Shown here: piece by piece, positions 31,322-40,117 of the stretch
Position numbering within the stretch: position 1 is the stretch's first letter
Layout: each line of letters opens with the position of its first letter
Source of the DNA: an uncultured Planctomycetaceae bacterium
GTDB taxonomy: Bacteria; Planctomycetota; Planctomycetia; Planctomycetales; Planctomycetaceae
Assembly (NCBI GenBank): GCA_937919915.1
Contig: CALFOL010000581.1
Span: 1 to 40,517, forward strand
Direction of reading: 5' to 3'
DNA length: 40,517 nt
Made by a program: the position numbers and the translations under genes
Notes under the pieces: generated by a model
What the model was told of the DNA's origin: nothing
Seen by the model: the letters and a program-made list of their open reading frames with translations, nothing else
Databases searched by the model: none

Positions 31322-32320
31322 ATGACAGCCGACAACTCACCATCCTCAACAGATCAAGCGGCGGCGACAAAGCGAAAGCAGTTTCTGGGCAAGCTGATTG
31401 TCTTCGGAATAATTATCGCATTCGCTTTGGTGAAACCGAAAGTGGATGCCTGGCTGCAGGGGAACAAAGGCCAGGACGTCGTAGCGGAACAACCGCAACA
31501 GGGGGATGCCGCCCGCGATCCGACCGTAGAGCCCGGCCGAGAACTCGGTACACTCACACTGGACGACGTTGGCAAATCAAACAAACCGACAACGCAGGGC
31601 GATAACGACACGGGGTTCCTGGAAACCGTTGCACCTGGCACCGTGCCATCCAGCACGACTGCGTCGGCACCAACGGTGCCCAAAAGGGACACGAAAACAC
31701 AGACCAGCCCGACGGTAGCAAGAACATCGCAGAAGTCATCTTCGAAAAGGCCACTTCCCAAACTTTCGGCTCCGCAGGCGATGCCATCCACTTCGAAGCC
31801 GACTGCAACAGCCAGCAATCAGCCGGGGACATCTTCGAAGCTCGATCCGCGAGCAAACCCAACCAAAACAACAAATTCAAAACCTCCCACTAAGACAGAG
31901 ACAGCCGAACCCCGTCTCGGAACGCTGACTCTGGTCGACAAACAGCGGGAAGTCTTTAAGTCGACAGCGGGATTGGTCTACGGGCGGGGCAGTGTCGACC
32001 GTCATCGCCTGAAGCACCTGATGAAGCACGCCAAAGATGACCTGAGTAAGCCTGTTCACGGCGTGTACGCATCGGCAGATGTCGCGCAGGTTACGGAATG
32101 GGTGGACCAGGCCTATATGAAGGGTAAAGAAGGTGGCAAAGGCGTTCGCCTGGAAGAAGAAGGCGACCGCACTGTCTACACCGTCGATATGGGCAAGAAG
32201 ATCGGATACGTCGGCGGAGAGGTCGGCAAACGCAAAGGGCAACCAGCCTGCCACTTTCTGCGATTGGTGGTTCAGGACGGCAACGAGGTTGTAACCGCAT
32301 TTCCGTCACAGTCTTTGTAA
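31322..32320 (+). CDS. Membrane-anchored protein with a long P/T/S/K-rich stalk and a C-terminal toxin-like (putative RNase) domain
   Basis: TM helix LIVFGIIIAFALV, a low-complexity linker of about 150 aa, and the domain STAGLVYGRGS..HRLKHLMKH..D..KPVHGVY...YTVDMGKKIGYVGG...LRLVV..GNEVVTAFP. The function is inferred. Confidence 0.7.
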   Translation: MTADNSPSSTDQAAATKRKQFLGKLIVFGIIIAFALVKPKVDAWLQGNKGQDVVAEQPQQGDAARDPTVEPGRELGTLTLDDVGKSNKPTTQGDNDTGFLETVAPGTVPSSTTASAPTVPKRDTKTQTSPTVARTSQKSSSKRPLPKLSAPQAMPSTSKPTATASNQPGTSSKLDPRANPTKTTNSKPPTKTETAEPRLGTLTLVDKQREVFKSTAGLVYGRGSVDRHRLKHLMKHAKDDLSKPVHGVYASADVAQVTEWVDQAYMKGKEGGKGVRLEEEGDRTVYTVDMGKKIGYVGGEVGKRKGQPACHFLRLVVQDGNEVVTAFPSQSL

Positions 32321-32368
32321 AACGCCGTGGAAGTCCGTTCTGGTTTGCAAAGCTGACTTGCCGACTAC

Positions 32369-32812
32369 TTACAGATCTTCCGGACCGACTTCAAAGCGGA
32401 CAACCTCGTCGCCTTTTTCGTCGGAGTACACATAGAGTACCGTCACATTCAACTCACGCATCTCGCGCATGTTATCCGCAGTTCGATAAGCCTTGACAAC
32501 TTTGGGGCGAGCTTCGTTAACGATCTGATATCGTTGAGGAATTTTCTGCATACCAACGATGGTGTATCGATAGGCGAACCTTCTTTCCGGAAGGGCCTCT
32601 GTGGAATCCAGTCGTGTATACTGATCCAGCATGGTCGGTAACTGTGCGTTGAATGATTCTGCCACAACCGCAAGTTGCTCACGCACAGCGATGTCAGCTG
32701 CCGACTCGCTGCTTCCGGAGTTCGCGAACAGCGTGACGGCGACGACTGACGCAGCGACCGCACCGACCAAACCGAGACTTCGGTTCCTGGACTTCTTCGG
32801 AAATGTCTGCAT
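32369..32812 (-). CDS. Small exported or membrane-anchored hypothetical protein (possibly PA3611/GspS-beta-like fold)
   Basis: N-terminal hydrophobic segment, then FNAQLPTMLDQYTRLDST..YRYT...VTVLYVYSDEKG. The fold suggestion is from recall only. Confidence 0.6.
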   Translation of the reverse strand: MQTFPKKSRNRSLGLVGAVAASVVAVTLFANSGSSESAADIAVREQLAVVAESFNAQLPTMLDQYTRLDSTEALPERRFAYRYTIVGMQKIPQRYQIVNEARPKVVKAYRTADNMREMRELNVTVLYVYSDEKGDEVVRFEVGPEDL

Positions 32813-32994
32813 CTGTTCAGCCTTGTGTCAGGAACGGTTTTCGCAACAGCAGACAGCGACGCCGAGTCAACCTTCTCTGCAGGTTAAAGCCTCGGTCTGC
32901 GATGGAGGAGCGTCCACGACATTCAACGAACTGCCGCGCCGCCGGAATTCTGACGGTTCCGATTGTGCCGAATATGCGGGCTGTGCTTCAACGC

Positions 32995-35277
32995 TTACCG
33001 TGAGTTGATCGGATCCACGTCGACGGCCATCTCAACACCCTCGGGAAGTGTGAGCGTGTTTTCCACACGCTGCCAGACGATCTTTACCCGTTCCTGAGTC
33101 GGCGCGGCAATCTGCAGATGGAATCGGTAGTAGCCACGCAGTCGTGTGATCGGTGCCGGAGCGGCTCCCAGGATTCGCACATCCGGATCAACTTCCTTCG
33201 CCATTTTGCGAAGCTTGTCCGCAATCGTCCGCGCCGTGTCGTTAACTTGCGGCTCACTAAGGCCTCGAAAAATAACGCGAGTCACGCTGCTGAACGGTGG
33301 AGCGCCACTATCCTTGCGTTGGTGCAGTTCGTGAGACGCAAAGCCCAGAAAATCGTGTTTGGACGCGTACACCACAGACGGATCTTCAGGACTGGTCGTT
33401 TGTACCAGCACTCGCCCGCCTCGCGAACTCCGCCCCGTTCTTCCAGCCACCTGTGCGACCAGTTGAAACGTACGTTCTGCTGCACGCATGTCGGGTTGGT
33501 TCAGCATGCTGTCCGCATCGATCACGCCGACTAACGTGACGTTTGGAAAGTCCAGCCCCTTGGCAATCATCTGTGTTCCCAGCAGAATGTCGACTTCGCC
33601 GTGCCGGAACTTTTCCAACGCTTCGTCGTGACTACCGGGCTTCTTCATTGAGTCGCTATCCATCCGCAGCACTCGCGCTTTGGGATACAGCGTTCCAACT
33701 TCTTCTTCCAGCTTTTGAGTCCCGGTGCCAAAGTATCGTACGGACGGACTTTCGCACACGGGACAGTTTTCCGGAGCCGGAATATGGTAGTCGCAGCTGT
33801 GACACACTGCTTCCTGCCGGTCACGATGCCAGGTTAACGTAATGTCGCAGTCAGGACATTTGACGCCCGATCCACAGGTTCGACACCACACCGTTGGTGA
33901 ATACCCTCGCAGGTTCAAAAACAGAATCACCTGCCCCTTGTCAGCAAGCGCCTTACCGATCGCCGTAAATAAAGCACGCCCGATCGATGAACCCTTTCCA
34001 ATTCGCGGGTCGTTACGCGTATCGACGATCAGCACCGGTGGCAGAGGTAATTCTGCAACTCGATCCGGCATCGACAGCAGCGTGTCCTGCTTTCGCACGG
34101 CTCGCAACCAGGATTCCAGTGTGGGCGTTGCCGATCCCAGCAACAGCGGCACTTTTTCCTGCATACAACGGTGACGGGCGACTTCGCGAGCGTGATAGCG
34201 TGGTGTGGAATCCTGCTTGAACGTCGGTTCGTGTTCTTCGTCGATCACGATCAGTCCGAGATTCGGCGTGGGTGCGAAGACAGCGCTGCGAGCGCCTACG
34301 ATGACCTCAATGGACCCGCGAGCGATTTGCCGCCACTGCCAGTGACGTTCGGAATCCGTCATGTGACTGTGCAGTACCGCGACCGATTTAAACCGGCTGC
34401 GAAATCGCCGAATGGTCTGTGGAGTCAGGCTGATTTCGGGAACCAGTACGATCGCCTGCCGACCATAACTGACCACTTCCCGGATCGCTCGAATGTAGAC
34501 CTCCGTCTTGCCACTTCCGGTGGCTCCATGCAACAGCAGTGTTCTGTGCTCTCCCGATTCCAATGCGCTGACAATCGCGTCCAGTGTGTTTTGCTGCTGT
34601 GAATTCATGATCAGGTCTTCGATCGGTTCGCTGCTGCCCATCAATTCGCCGGTGACTTCTGATCGAATTCGGATCGCAGCAATGATGCCCTTCTTGCGGA
34701 GCGTGTTGACCGGACCGGGACCACAGTCCGCCAGTTCGCAGAGTCGGGTGGCGGGAACCGGGCCGGTCGCTTTCCGCAGGACGTCCACAATCGTCTGTTG
34801 CTTAGCTGGCAGTTTTGCTGTTGCAATCAGTGTTTCCGCCTCCGCAGACAACGTGAGCGATTGCACCAGCCGCGTTCCACTGCGACGTTTCACACCCGCT
34901 GGGATCACGCTTTCCAGAACCTGTCCCCAGCCGCACAGATAGCGTTCGGCAATCCAGTGCGTCAGCGTCAGCATGACGTCGTCCAGCAACGGTTCGGCGT
35001 CCAGCACTTCCATGATCGGTTTCAGCTTGCGGAGACCACTTTCGGCCTGACGAATCTTCACGCAGTAACCGATCACAGAACGATTGCCGCGCCCCAGGGG
35101 CGCTTTGATTCGCATGCCTGTTTTCAACAGTTCACGCAGTGAGTCTGGAATGCTGTACGTATATGGCTTTTCCAGCGGCAGATTGAAGACAACCTCAGCG
35201 ACCTGAATATCTTCAGCCGCAGCCTGTTCCCATTCAGGCAGGTCGGCGAATTCAAAAAGTCCCTGAGAATCAGTCAC
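32995..35277 (-). CDS. priA: Primosomal protein N' (replication restart helicase)
   Basis: HGATGSGKTEVY, LVPEISLTPQ, IDEEHE, four CxxC pairs, GTQMIAKGLDFPNV, QVAGRTGR and a terminal VDVDP. Confidence 0.98.
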   Translation of the reverse strand: MTDSQGLFEFADLPEWEQAAAEDIQVAEVVFNLPLEKPYTYSIPDSLRELLKTGMRIKAPLGRGNRSVIGYCVKIRQAESGLRKLKPIMEVLDAEPLLDDVMLTLTHWIAERYLCGWGQVLESVIPAGVKRRSGTRLVQSLTLSAEAETLIATAKLPAKQQTIVDVLRKATGPVPATRLCELADCGPGPVNTLRKKGIIAAIRIRSEVTGELMGSSEPIEDLIMNSQQQNTLDAIVSALESGEHRTLLLHGATGSGKTEVYIRAIREVVSYGRQAIVLVPEISLTPQTIRRFRSRFKSVAVLHSHMTDSERHWQWRQIARGSIEVIVGARSAVFAPTPNLGLIVIDEEHEPTFKQDSTPRYHAREVARHRCMQEKVPLLLGSATPTLESWLRAVRKQDTLLSMPDRVAELPLPPVLIVDTRNDPRIGKGSSIGRALFTAIGKALADKGQVILFLNLRGYSPTVWCRTCGSGVKCPDCDITLTWHRDRQEAVCHSCDYHIPAPENCPVCESPSVRYFGTGTQKLEEEVGTLYPKARVLRMDSDSMKKPGSHDEALEKFRHGEVDILLGTQMIAKGLDFPNVTLVGVIDADSMLNQPDMRAAERTFQLVAQVAGRTGRSSRGGRVLVQTTSPEDPSVVYASKHDFLGFASHELHQRKDSGAPPFSSVTRVIFRGLSEPQVNDTARTIADKLRKMAKEVDPDVRILGAAPAPITRLRGYYRFHLQIAAPTQERVKIVWQRVENTLTLPEGVEMAVDVDPINSR

Positions 35278-35354
35278 GGATTACGGCTATGGAAAAATGG
35301 TATGTGATTGTCCGAGTTCCACTCGTCAGCCACACTCAAGCGAGCCGTCGGCGT

Positions 35355-35458
35355 TAGAGCAGTTTACTTATTGTCGTGAACGGCACTCCCTCGCGGGAGC
35401 AGGCTTTCTTCGATCGAAACCCGTGCCCCGCGGCCACAACGCAGCGTAATACGCTGTA
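35355..35458 (-). repeat. 104-bp MITE-like structured repeat, copy 3 (inverted)
   Basis: The reverse complement reads TACAGCGTATTACGCTG...CAATAAGTAAACTGCTCTA, with the same length and identical termini as copy 2. Confidence 0.9.
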
Positions 35459-35482
35459 GCCGCGGGCCTGATGTCACGCGTT

Positions 35483-36061
35483 TCAGTTTGTCTTCTTCAA
35501 ATAGGCCGAAATCAACACGATTTGAGTACCATTGACTCGGCCTTCAATGTGTTCGGGGTTCGACGTCAGTCGGATGTTCTTGACGGTCGTTCCGCGTTTT
35601 GCTGTGAAGCCGCCGCCTTTCACGACAAGGTCTTTGATCACCGTGACGGTGTCTCCAGCGACCAACACTGTCCCGTTGCTGTCGCGTGTCGGAGTTGCGG
35701 AAACATCGTCAGCTGCAGTCATGCCAGCTTTTGCCCACTGCTGCGTGTCTTCGTCCAGGTACAGTGACTCCAGAAGGCTGTGCGACCAGTCTTCCCCCTG
35801 CAGAGCAGTCAACATTCTCCAGGCCAGCACCTGCACGGCCGGAACTTCGCTCCACATGCTTTCGTTCAGGCATCGCCAGTGCTTGCCGTCGGCGGTGGCA
35901 GGATCGCCGATCTGCGAACAACAGGCAGCACACAACATCGCCGATTTTTCCGCGCTGCCATCGTTGCCAGGCTGGACCTCGTAAACCGAAAGGTCTCCAT
36001 CAGCGCTGCACAGTTCGCATTTGTTACTGCAGCGTTGCGTGAGTATCTCTTGAAGGCTCAT
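35483..36061 (-). CDS. PhnA/YjdM-type zinc-ribbon protein (long form)
   Basis: CELC...CAAC, HWRCLNESMWSEVPAVQVLAWRML, and the C-terminal RDSNG..L..GDTVTVIKDL.VKG...KRGT.VKNIRL. The likely start is ATG 36061. Confidence 0.88.
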   Translation of the reverse strand: MSLQEILTQRCSNKCELCSADGDLSVYEVQPGNDGSAEKSAMLCAACCSQIGDPATADGKHWRCLNESMWSEVPAVQVLAWRMLTALQGEDWSHSLLESLYLDEDTQQWAKAGMTAADDVSATPTRDSNGTVLVAGDTVTVIKDLVVKGGGFTAKRGTTVKNIRLTSNPEHIEGRVNGTQIVLISAYLKKTN

Positions 36062-36159
36062 GGGGAATGTTTGCTCAAAGTGGAAAGCTCTTGTAGAAAC
36101 GACAGAAGAATAACCGTTTCCCGCCGTCGGCTGACATGCCAACGCACTCTAGCAAACGT

Positions 36160-37581
36160 TCACGGCAGCGTCGTGGTGAAGACTTCCGTGAAGATGAAGT
36201 TTGTGCCCATGCCCGTCAAAACTGCGATCTGAAACAGAATCACCCAGTGCTGTCGTTGCCATTTTGTCATCAGGCCACCGATCGTCAGTACCATCAACGA
36301 CGTCGCAATTGCGAATGGCAACCAGTGCTGTCCAAGCACGTAAACGTAGACGATCAGCACTCCAAAGCAGGCTGCTGCGGTCATAGGGCGACGCACAAAG
36401 TCTTCTGTACTGCTATGACTACCCAAAGCAGGCTCCTCTTGTTCTGTTGAGCCCCGACGGAGAAACGACTCCAGCACCACCAACACAAACAGGCAGACCA
36501 CAATTCCCCCGACCCAATTTGTGAAGTCAGGAATATTGCTCCGACGTTTTGCCGCAGCCCCTTCGAATGCCGCTGCAGTCTCAGCCAGCACCTGACGAAA
36601 CTCTTCGCCCTGCGAATAGTCCAGATCGATGCGCAGTCGCGTGAGTTCGGATTGCACGGTTTCATTCAGCATCGCTTTTTCCAAGGCGGAAGCCAGCACC
36701 TGGAGAACTTCAACCGGCGTGCCCTTCGGAGCCCACCAGTAATTGGCGTTGCTTAATAGAACCGGAATGTCCTGCTCTAAAGCGGTTGCCACGTCAGGAA
36801 TCGCCGGACGCCGTTTGCTTGCCAGACACGCAATCGCCCGAATGTTCTCATCCGGCGGCGTGCCGTCAGCGGAACGGAAGTCGAGATATTCCGACAGCGA
36901 GAAAATCCCCGCGTCCAGGTGCCCGCCGAGAATCCTGGAATACCGATCAGCTCCACCATCCGCCGACACGATACTCAGCTGTGCGCCAGGCACAGACTTT
37001 TCCAGCTGCAATGCCGTGAAGTATGCCGGAGCTCCCTGGTTCGCGCCAAACGTCAACTGCTTCGGCGTCTGCTTCGCTTCCTGCAGAAACTCCTGCAGAT
37101 CAGCAAAGCGAGAATCCTCCCGCACGACCACCACCATCGTCATCGCGCCTGTCAGAGCGATTGGTTCGAAGGCTTCGGGGCCGTAGTCGACGGTTTCTGA
37201 CAACTTCGCGGAGATAATCGCGTTGTGATGACACAATATTCGATAACCATCAGGTTTTGCATCCTTCACGTCGCGGCTGCCAATCGTGCCGCCGCCGCCC
37301 GCAACGTTAATGACAACCAATGGCTGCGGCAGCAGGTTGTCTTCCAGAAATCCCTTCTGCAGCGTCCGGACGAACGTGTCAGAACCGCCGCCAGCTGGAT
37401 ATGGCACCACAACTTCGATCGGGCGATTGGGGTAAGCAACCGTCGCGTCTGCTGCAGTAAATCGCATACACCACCAGACGACCAGGCACACAATCAGCCC
37501 CGTGGCAACAACGTGCCACAGGATCACTAATGCTCCAGGCGATTTACTTGAACGATCGATTTCTGTGGAGGAAAGACTCAC
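36160..37581 (-). CDS. Tripartite tricarboxylate transporter substrate-binding protein (TctC/Bug) fused to a C-terminal TctB-like membrane domain
   Basis: YPNRPIEVVVPYPAGGGSD, NVAGGGGTIG, PDGY and APKGTP, followed by about four TM helices ending FTEVFTTTLP. Confidence 0.88.
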   Translation of the reverse strand: MSLSSTEIDRSSKSPGALVILWHVVATGLIVCLVVWWCMRFTAADATVAYPNRPIEVVVPYPAGGGSDTFVRTLQKGFLEDNLLPQPLVVINVAGGGGTIGSRDVKDAKPDGYRILCHHNAIISAKLSETVDYGPEAFEPIALTGAMTMVVVVREDSRFADLQEFLQEAKQTPKQLTFGANQGAPAYFTALQLEKSVPGAQLSIVSADGGADRYSRILGGHLDAGIFSLSEYLDFRSADGTPPDENIRAIACLASKRRPAIPDVATALEQDIPVLLSNANYWWAPKGTPVEVLQVLASALEKAMLNETVQSELTRLRIDLDYSQGEEFRQVLAETAAAFEGAAAKRRSNIPDFTNWVGGIVVCLFVLVVLESFLRRGSTEQEEPALGSHSSTEDFVRRPMTAAACFGVLIVYVYVLGQHWLPFAIATSLMVLTIGGLMTKWQRQHWVILFQIAVLTGMGTNFIFTEVFTTTLP

Positions 37582-39068
37582 GCCGCACCTCCCTTCTGCT
37601 TCGACATCGCCTGACGGATCAGCGGCAGCAGCAACATGAACAATGCCACGGTCAAGAACAGCAGTGAGATCTTACCAGTAACAATCGGAGCAAAACTTCC
37701 GTTCGACGACTGCAGCCCGAGGCTCAGGTTTTTCTCGGCGATCGGCCCCAGCACAAATCCAATGACAAACGGAGCCAGCGGAATCTTCCTGGCTTCCAGC
37801 AGGAAACCCAGTAACCCAAACCCCAGCATCACCCACACGTCAAAGAGTCGGTTGGATAGTGCGAACGAACCCACAACACAGAAACACAAAATGACGGGCA
37901 GCAGATACGGTCGCGGCAGTCGCGTGACTTTTGCCAGAAACCGCATTGAGCACAACATGATGATCGCCATCGCGATGTTGGCCAAAAACATGGCCCCCAT
38001 AATGGTGTAAACCATGCTGGGACTTTCCTCAAATAACCTCGGGCCCGGTTGCAGCCCGTGAATCACCAAAGCGCCCAGCAACACGGCTTCCATGACACTG
38101 CCTGGCAGGCCCATTGCGATCAGCGGAATCAAGGCTCCACCAATCGTGGCGTTATTCGCAGCTTCTGCAGCGACGATGCCGTGTTCGTGGCCGGTGCCGA
38201 ACTTTTCGGGTTCCTTTGACACACTGCGTGCTACGGAATACGCCGTCACGGATCCGATGTTGGCGCCGATGCCAGGCAGGATTCCAATCCATGTGCCGAT
38301 GACGGACGAACGCAGCAGGTTCCAGAAAAAATGGCCGAAATCCCGCACCTTCAGCAGCACACGTTCACTGCCAAGCTCGATGGGGTTGCCTTTTTCCTCC
38401 AGGTTGATGATGTCACGCAGAATCTGATTCACGGCGAACAACCCAATTAATACGGGCAGCAACTGGAAGCCGTTGTTCATGTCAGTGATGCCAAATGTCA
38501 GTCGTGCTGCTCCTGTGGCGGCGTTGATGCCGGGCATCGACAGGAAGATCCCCAGGAAGCCTGAGAACAATGAACGCGGCAACGACTTGCCTCCAATCGT
38601 GGCGATCAACACCAGCGCCATCATCACCAGTGAGAAGTATTCGAATGGGCCAAACTTTGACGACAGCTTAGCGATGGGACTTGTCAGTAACACCAGAAAT
38701 GTCCACGACACCAGGCCGCCGACAAACGACGACATCACGCCCAGCCCGAGTGCTCGGCCAGGTTGTCCCTGTTTGGCCATCGGATAGCCATCCAGCGTTG
38801 TGACGATCGACGCCGGAGTGCCCGGCATTCGCAACAGCGTTGCCGTGATCATGCCTCCGCTGACCGCACCGACGTAGATACTGATCAGAAATGTCATCGA
38901 CAACAGCGGGTCCGCTCCATAAGTGAGCGGCAGTATCAGCGCAATCAACATGGTGCCGGTTAACCCCGGAACAGCACCCACAAATATACCCAGTGCAGTG
39001 CCAACGATGATTAACATCAGTCCCATGGGACATGTGAGTTGGCTGATGGCTTCTGAAAGACCGGGCAT
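37578..39068 (-). CDS. tctA: Tripartite tricarboxylate transporter large permease TctA
   Basis: GAVPGL, PGTPASIVTTLDGYPMAKQG, GILPGIGA, AEAANNA, HGLQPGP; 496 aa and highly hydrophobic. Confidence 0.95.
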   Translation of the reverse strand: MPGLSEAISQLTCPMGLMLIIVGTALGIFVGAVPGLTGTMLIALILPLTYGADPLLSMTFLISIYVGAVSGGMITATLLRMPGTPASIVTTLDGYPMAKQGQPGRALGLGVMSSFVGGLVSWTFLVLLTSPIAKLSSKFGPFEYFSLVMMALVLIATIGGKSLPRSLFSGFLGIFLSMPGINAATGAARLTFGITDMNNGFQLLPVLIGLFAVNQILRDIINLEEKGNPIELGSERVLLKVRDFGHFFWNLLRSSVIGTWIGILPGIGANIGSVTAYSVARSVSKEPEKFGTGHEHGIVAAEAANNATIGGALIPLIAMGLPGSVMEAVLLGALVIHGLQPGPRLFEESPSMVYTIMGAMFLANIAMAIIMLCSMRFLAKVTRLPRPYLLPVILCFCVVGSFALSNRLFDVWVMLGFGLLGFLLEARKIPLAPFVIGFVLGPIAEKNLSLGLQSSNGSFAPIVTGKISLLFLTVALFMLLLPLIRQAMSKQKGGAA

Positions 39069-39301
39069 GCGTTGTGCTGCGAAGGATGTGCGACTTATTA
39101 ATCGGCACCCTATCGCAGTGCGTTGCGTGAGGCAAAGGTGCGTGGGCGTTTTTCGCGGAAGCTGTCGACGAGCGCGGAAAAATCAACCCTAAAGCACTGC
39201 TGATTCCGGCTCTGCAGTTGAGTGGATTGCAAACGCAAACCGGCGAACTTTCGTCAATTTTTTCTGAAAACAAAGTGCTGTGCGGTTCCTCAACTGTGAG
39301 C

Positions 39302-39330
39302 TTGCCGCAACTGGAATCCCGGGGTATGCT
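39302..39330 (+). promoter_or_regulatory. Candidate sigma70-type promoter
   Basis: TTGCCG-N17-TATGCT, oriented away from tctA. No long plus-strand ORF follows directly. Confidence 0.45.
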
Positions 39331-39667
39331 TGTCTCGTACGAGTCACTTCGGTGATAAGTATTTGCCTCTACCAGTTTCGTTCGACGTAATTCGAGTTGA
39401 CCCTACAGATTTTACCCACAGGGAACCTGTCCGATTTCTGGACGACTGTCACGCCGACCATGTTCGGATCACATGACCCGGGCGGCGGGTGCCCACCTTA
39501 TCTGACATCGGGACGTCAACAGACAATTACTCAACGTTCTGGTAGGGGTTTTACTCGTTTTTGCCGTCTTTGAGTCGCAATCGGCGAAACACTCGTAATA
39601 CCGAAAACACTGCTGTAGTTGCGTGATTCTGACCGGGTCCAGTGTACACATTCACCGTTCCTCACGC

Positions 39668-39847
39668 TCAACCAAACGAGCCACTGCGAACCATGTGGCC
39701 AGCCGCTTCAACGTCACCGTAAGAATTCGTCAGACTGATCCGTCCCGCCGCATAGTTGGCAGTGTGCATTTCAGCCAATCGTTCCAGAGAATCGCGCAGA
39801 GTTCTCGGCATCTTCACGCATACCAGTTGAGTCGTTTTGGTTTCCAT
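39668..39847 (-). CDS. Possible small ribbon-helix-helix DNA-binding protein or remnant (59 aa)
   Basis: METKTTQLVCVKMPRTLRDSLERLAE shows an alternating beta-strand followed by P..L...LE.LA, the CopG/Arc pattern. It is the 3' part of ORF 39668-40054. Confidence 0.45.
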   Translation of the reverse strand: METKTTQLVCVKMPRTLRDSLERLAEMHTANYAAGRISLTNSYGDVEAAGHMVRSGSFG

Positions 39848-40117
39848 GATGTGTCCGTAAGTCGTTGGGGGAAACGGAAGTAACCTGGTTGCGGTTTGTT
39901 TTCCGTCAGGGCTTGTGCCAGGGTGATTGCTCAGGGAATGGCAACCGTCAGCGAGACGCTCTGTAGGCCTCACAGAACGCGGTCCTGATCTTGGTCGACG
40001 TGTAGCGGTCTCGGCCTGCGATGGTCGGCAAACCGCCTGCTGCTCGCTCTGCATCCGTCAGTTGAGCCACGACCTTCGCTGATTCGTAGATCGGGTCGTT
40101 CAAGCGGACTTGAAGTG

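Noticed and set aside
14141-35458. The 104-bp repeats as a CRISPR array or tRNAs
   Set aside because: The copies are dispersed kilobases apart with no repeat-spacer periodicity and no cas genes. They show no cloverleaf or T-loop motif.
35483-36061. Phosphonate utilisation locus
   Set aside because: The PhnA/YjdM name is historical, and no C-P lyase or phosphonate transporter genes are present.
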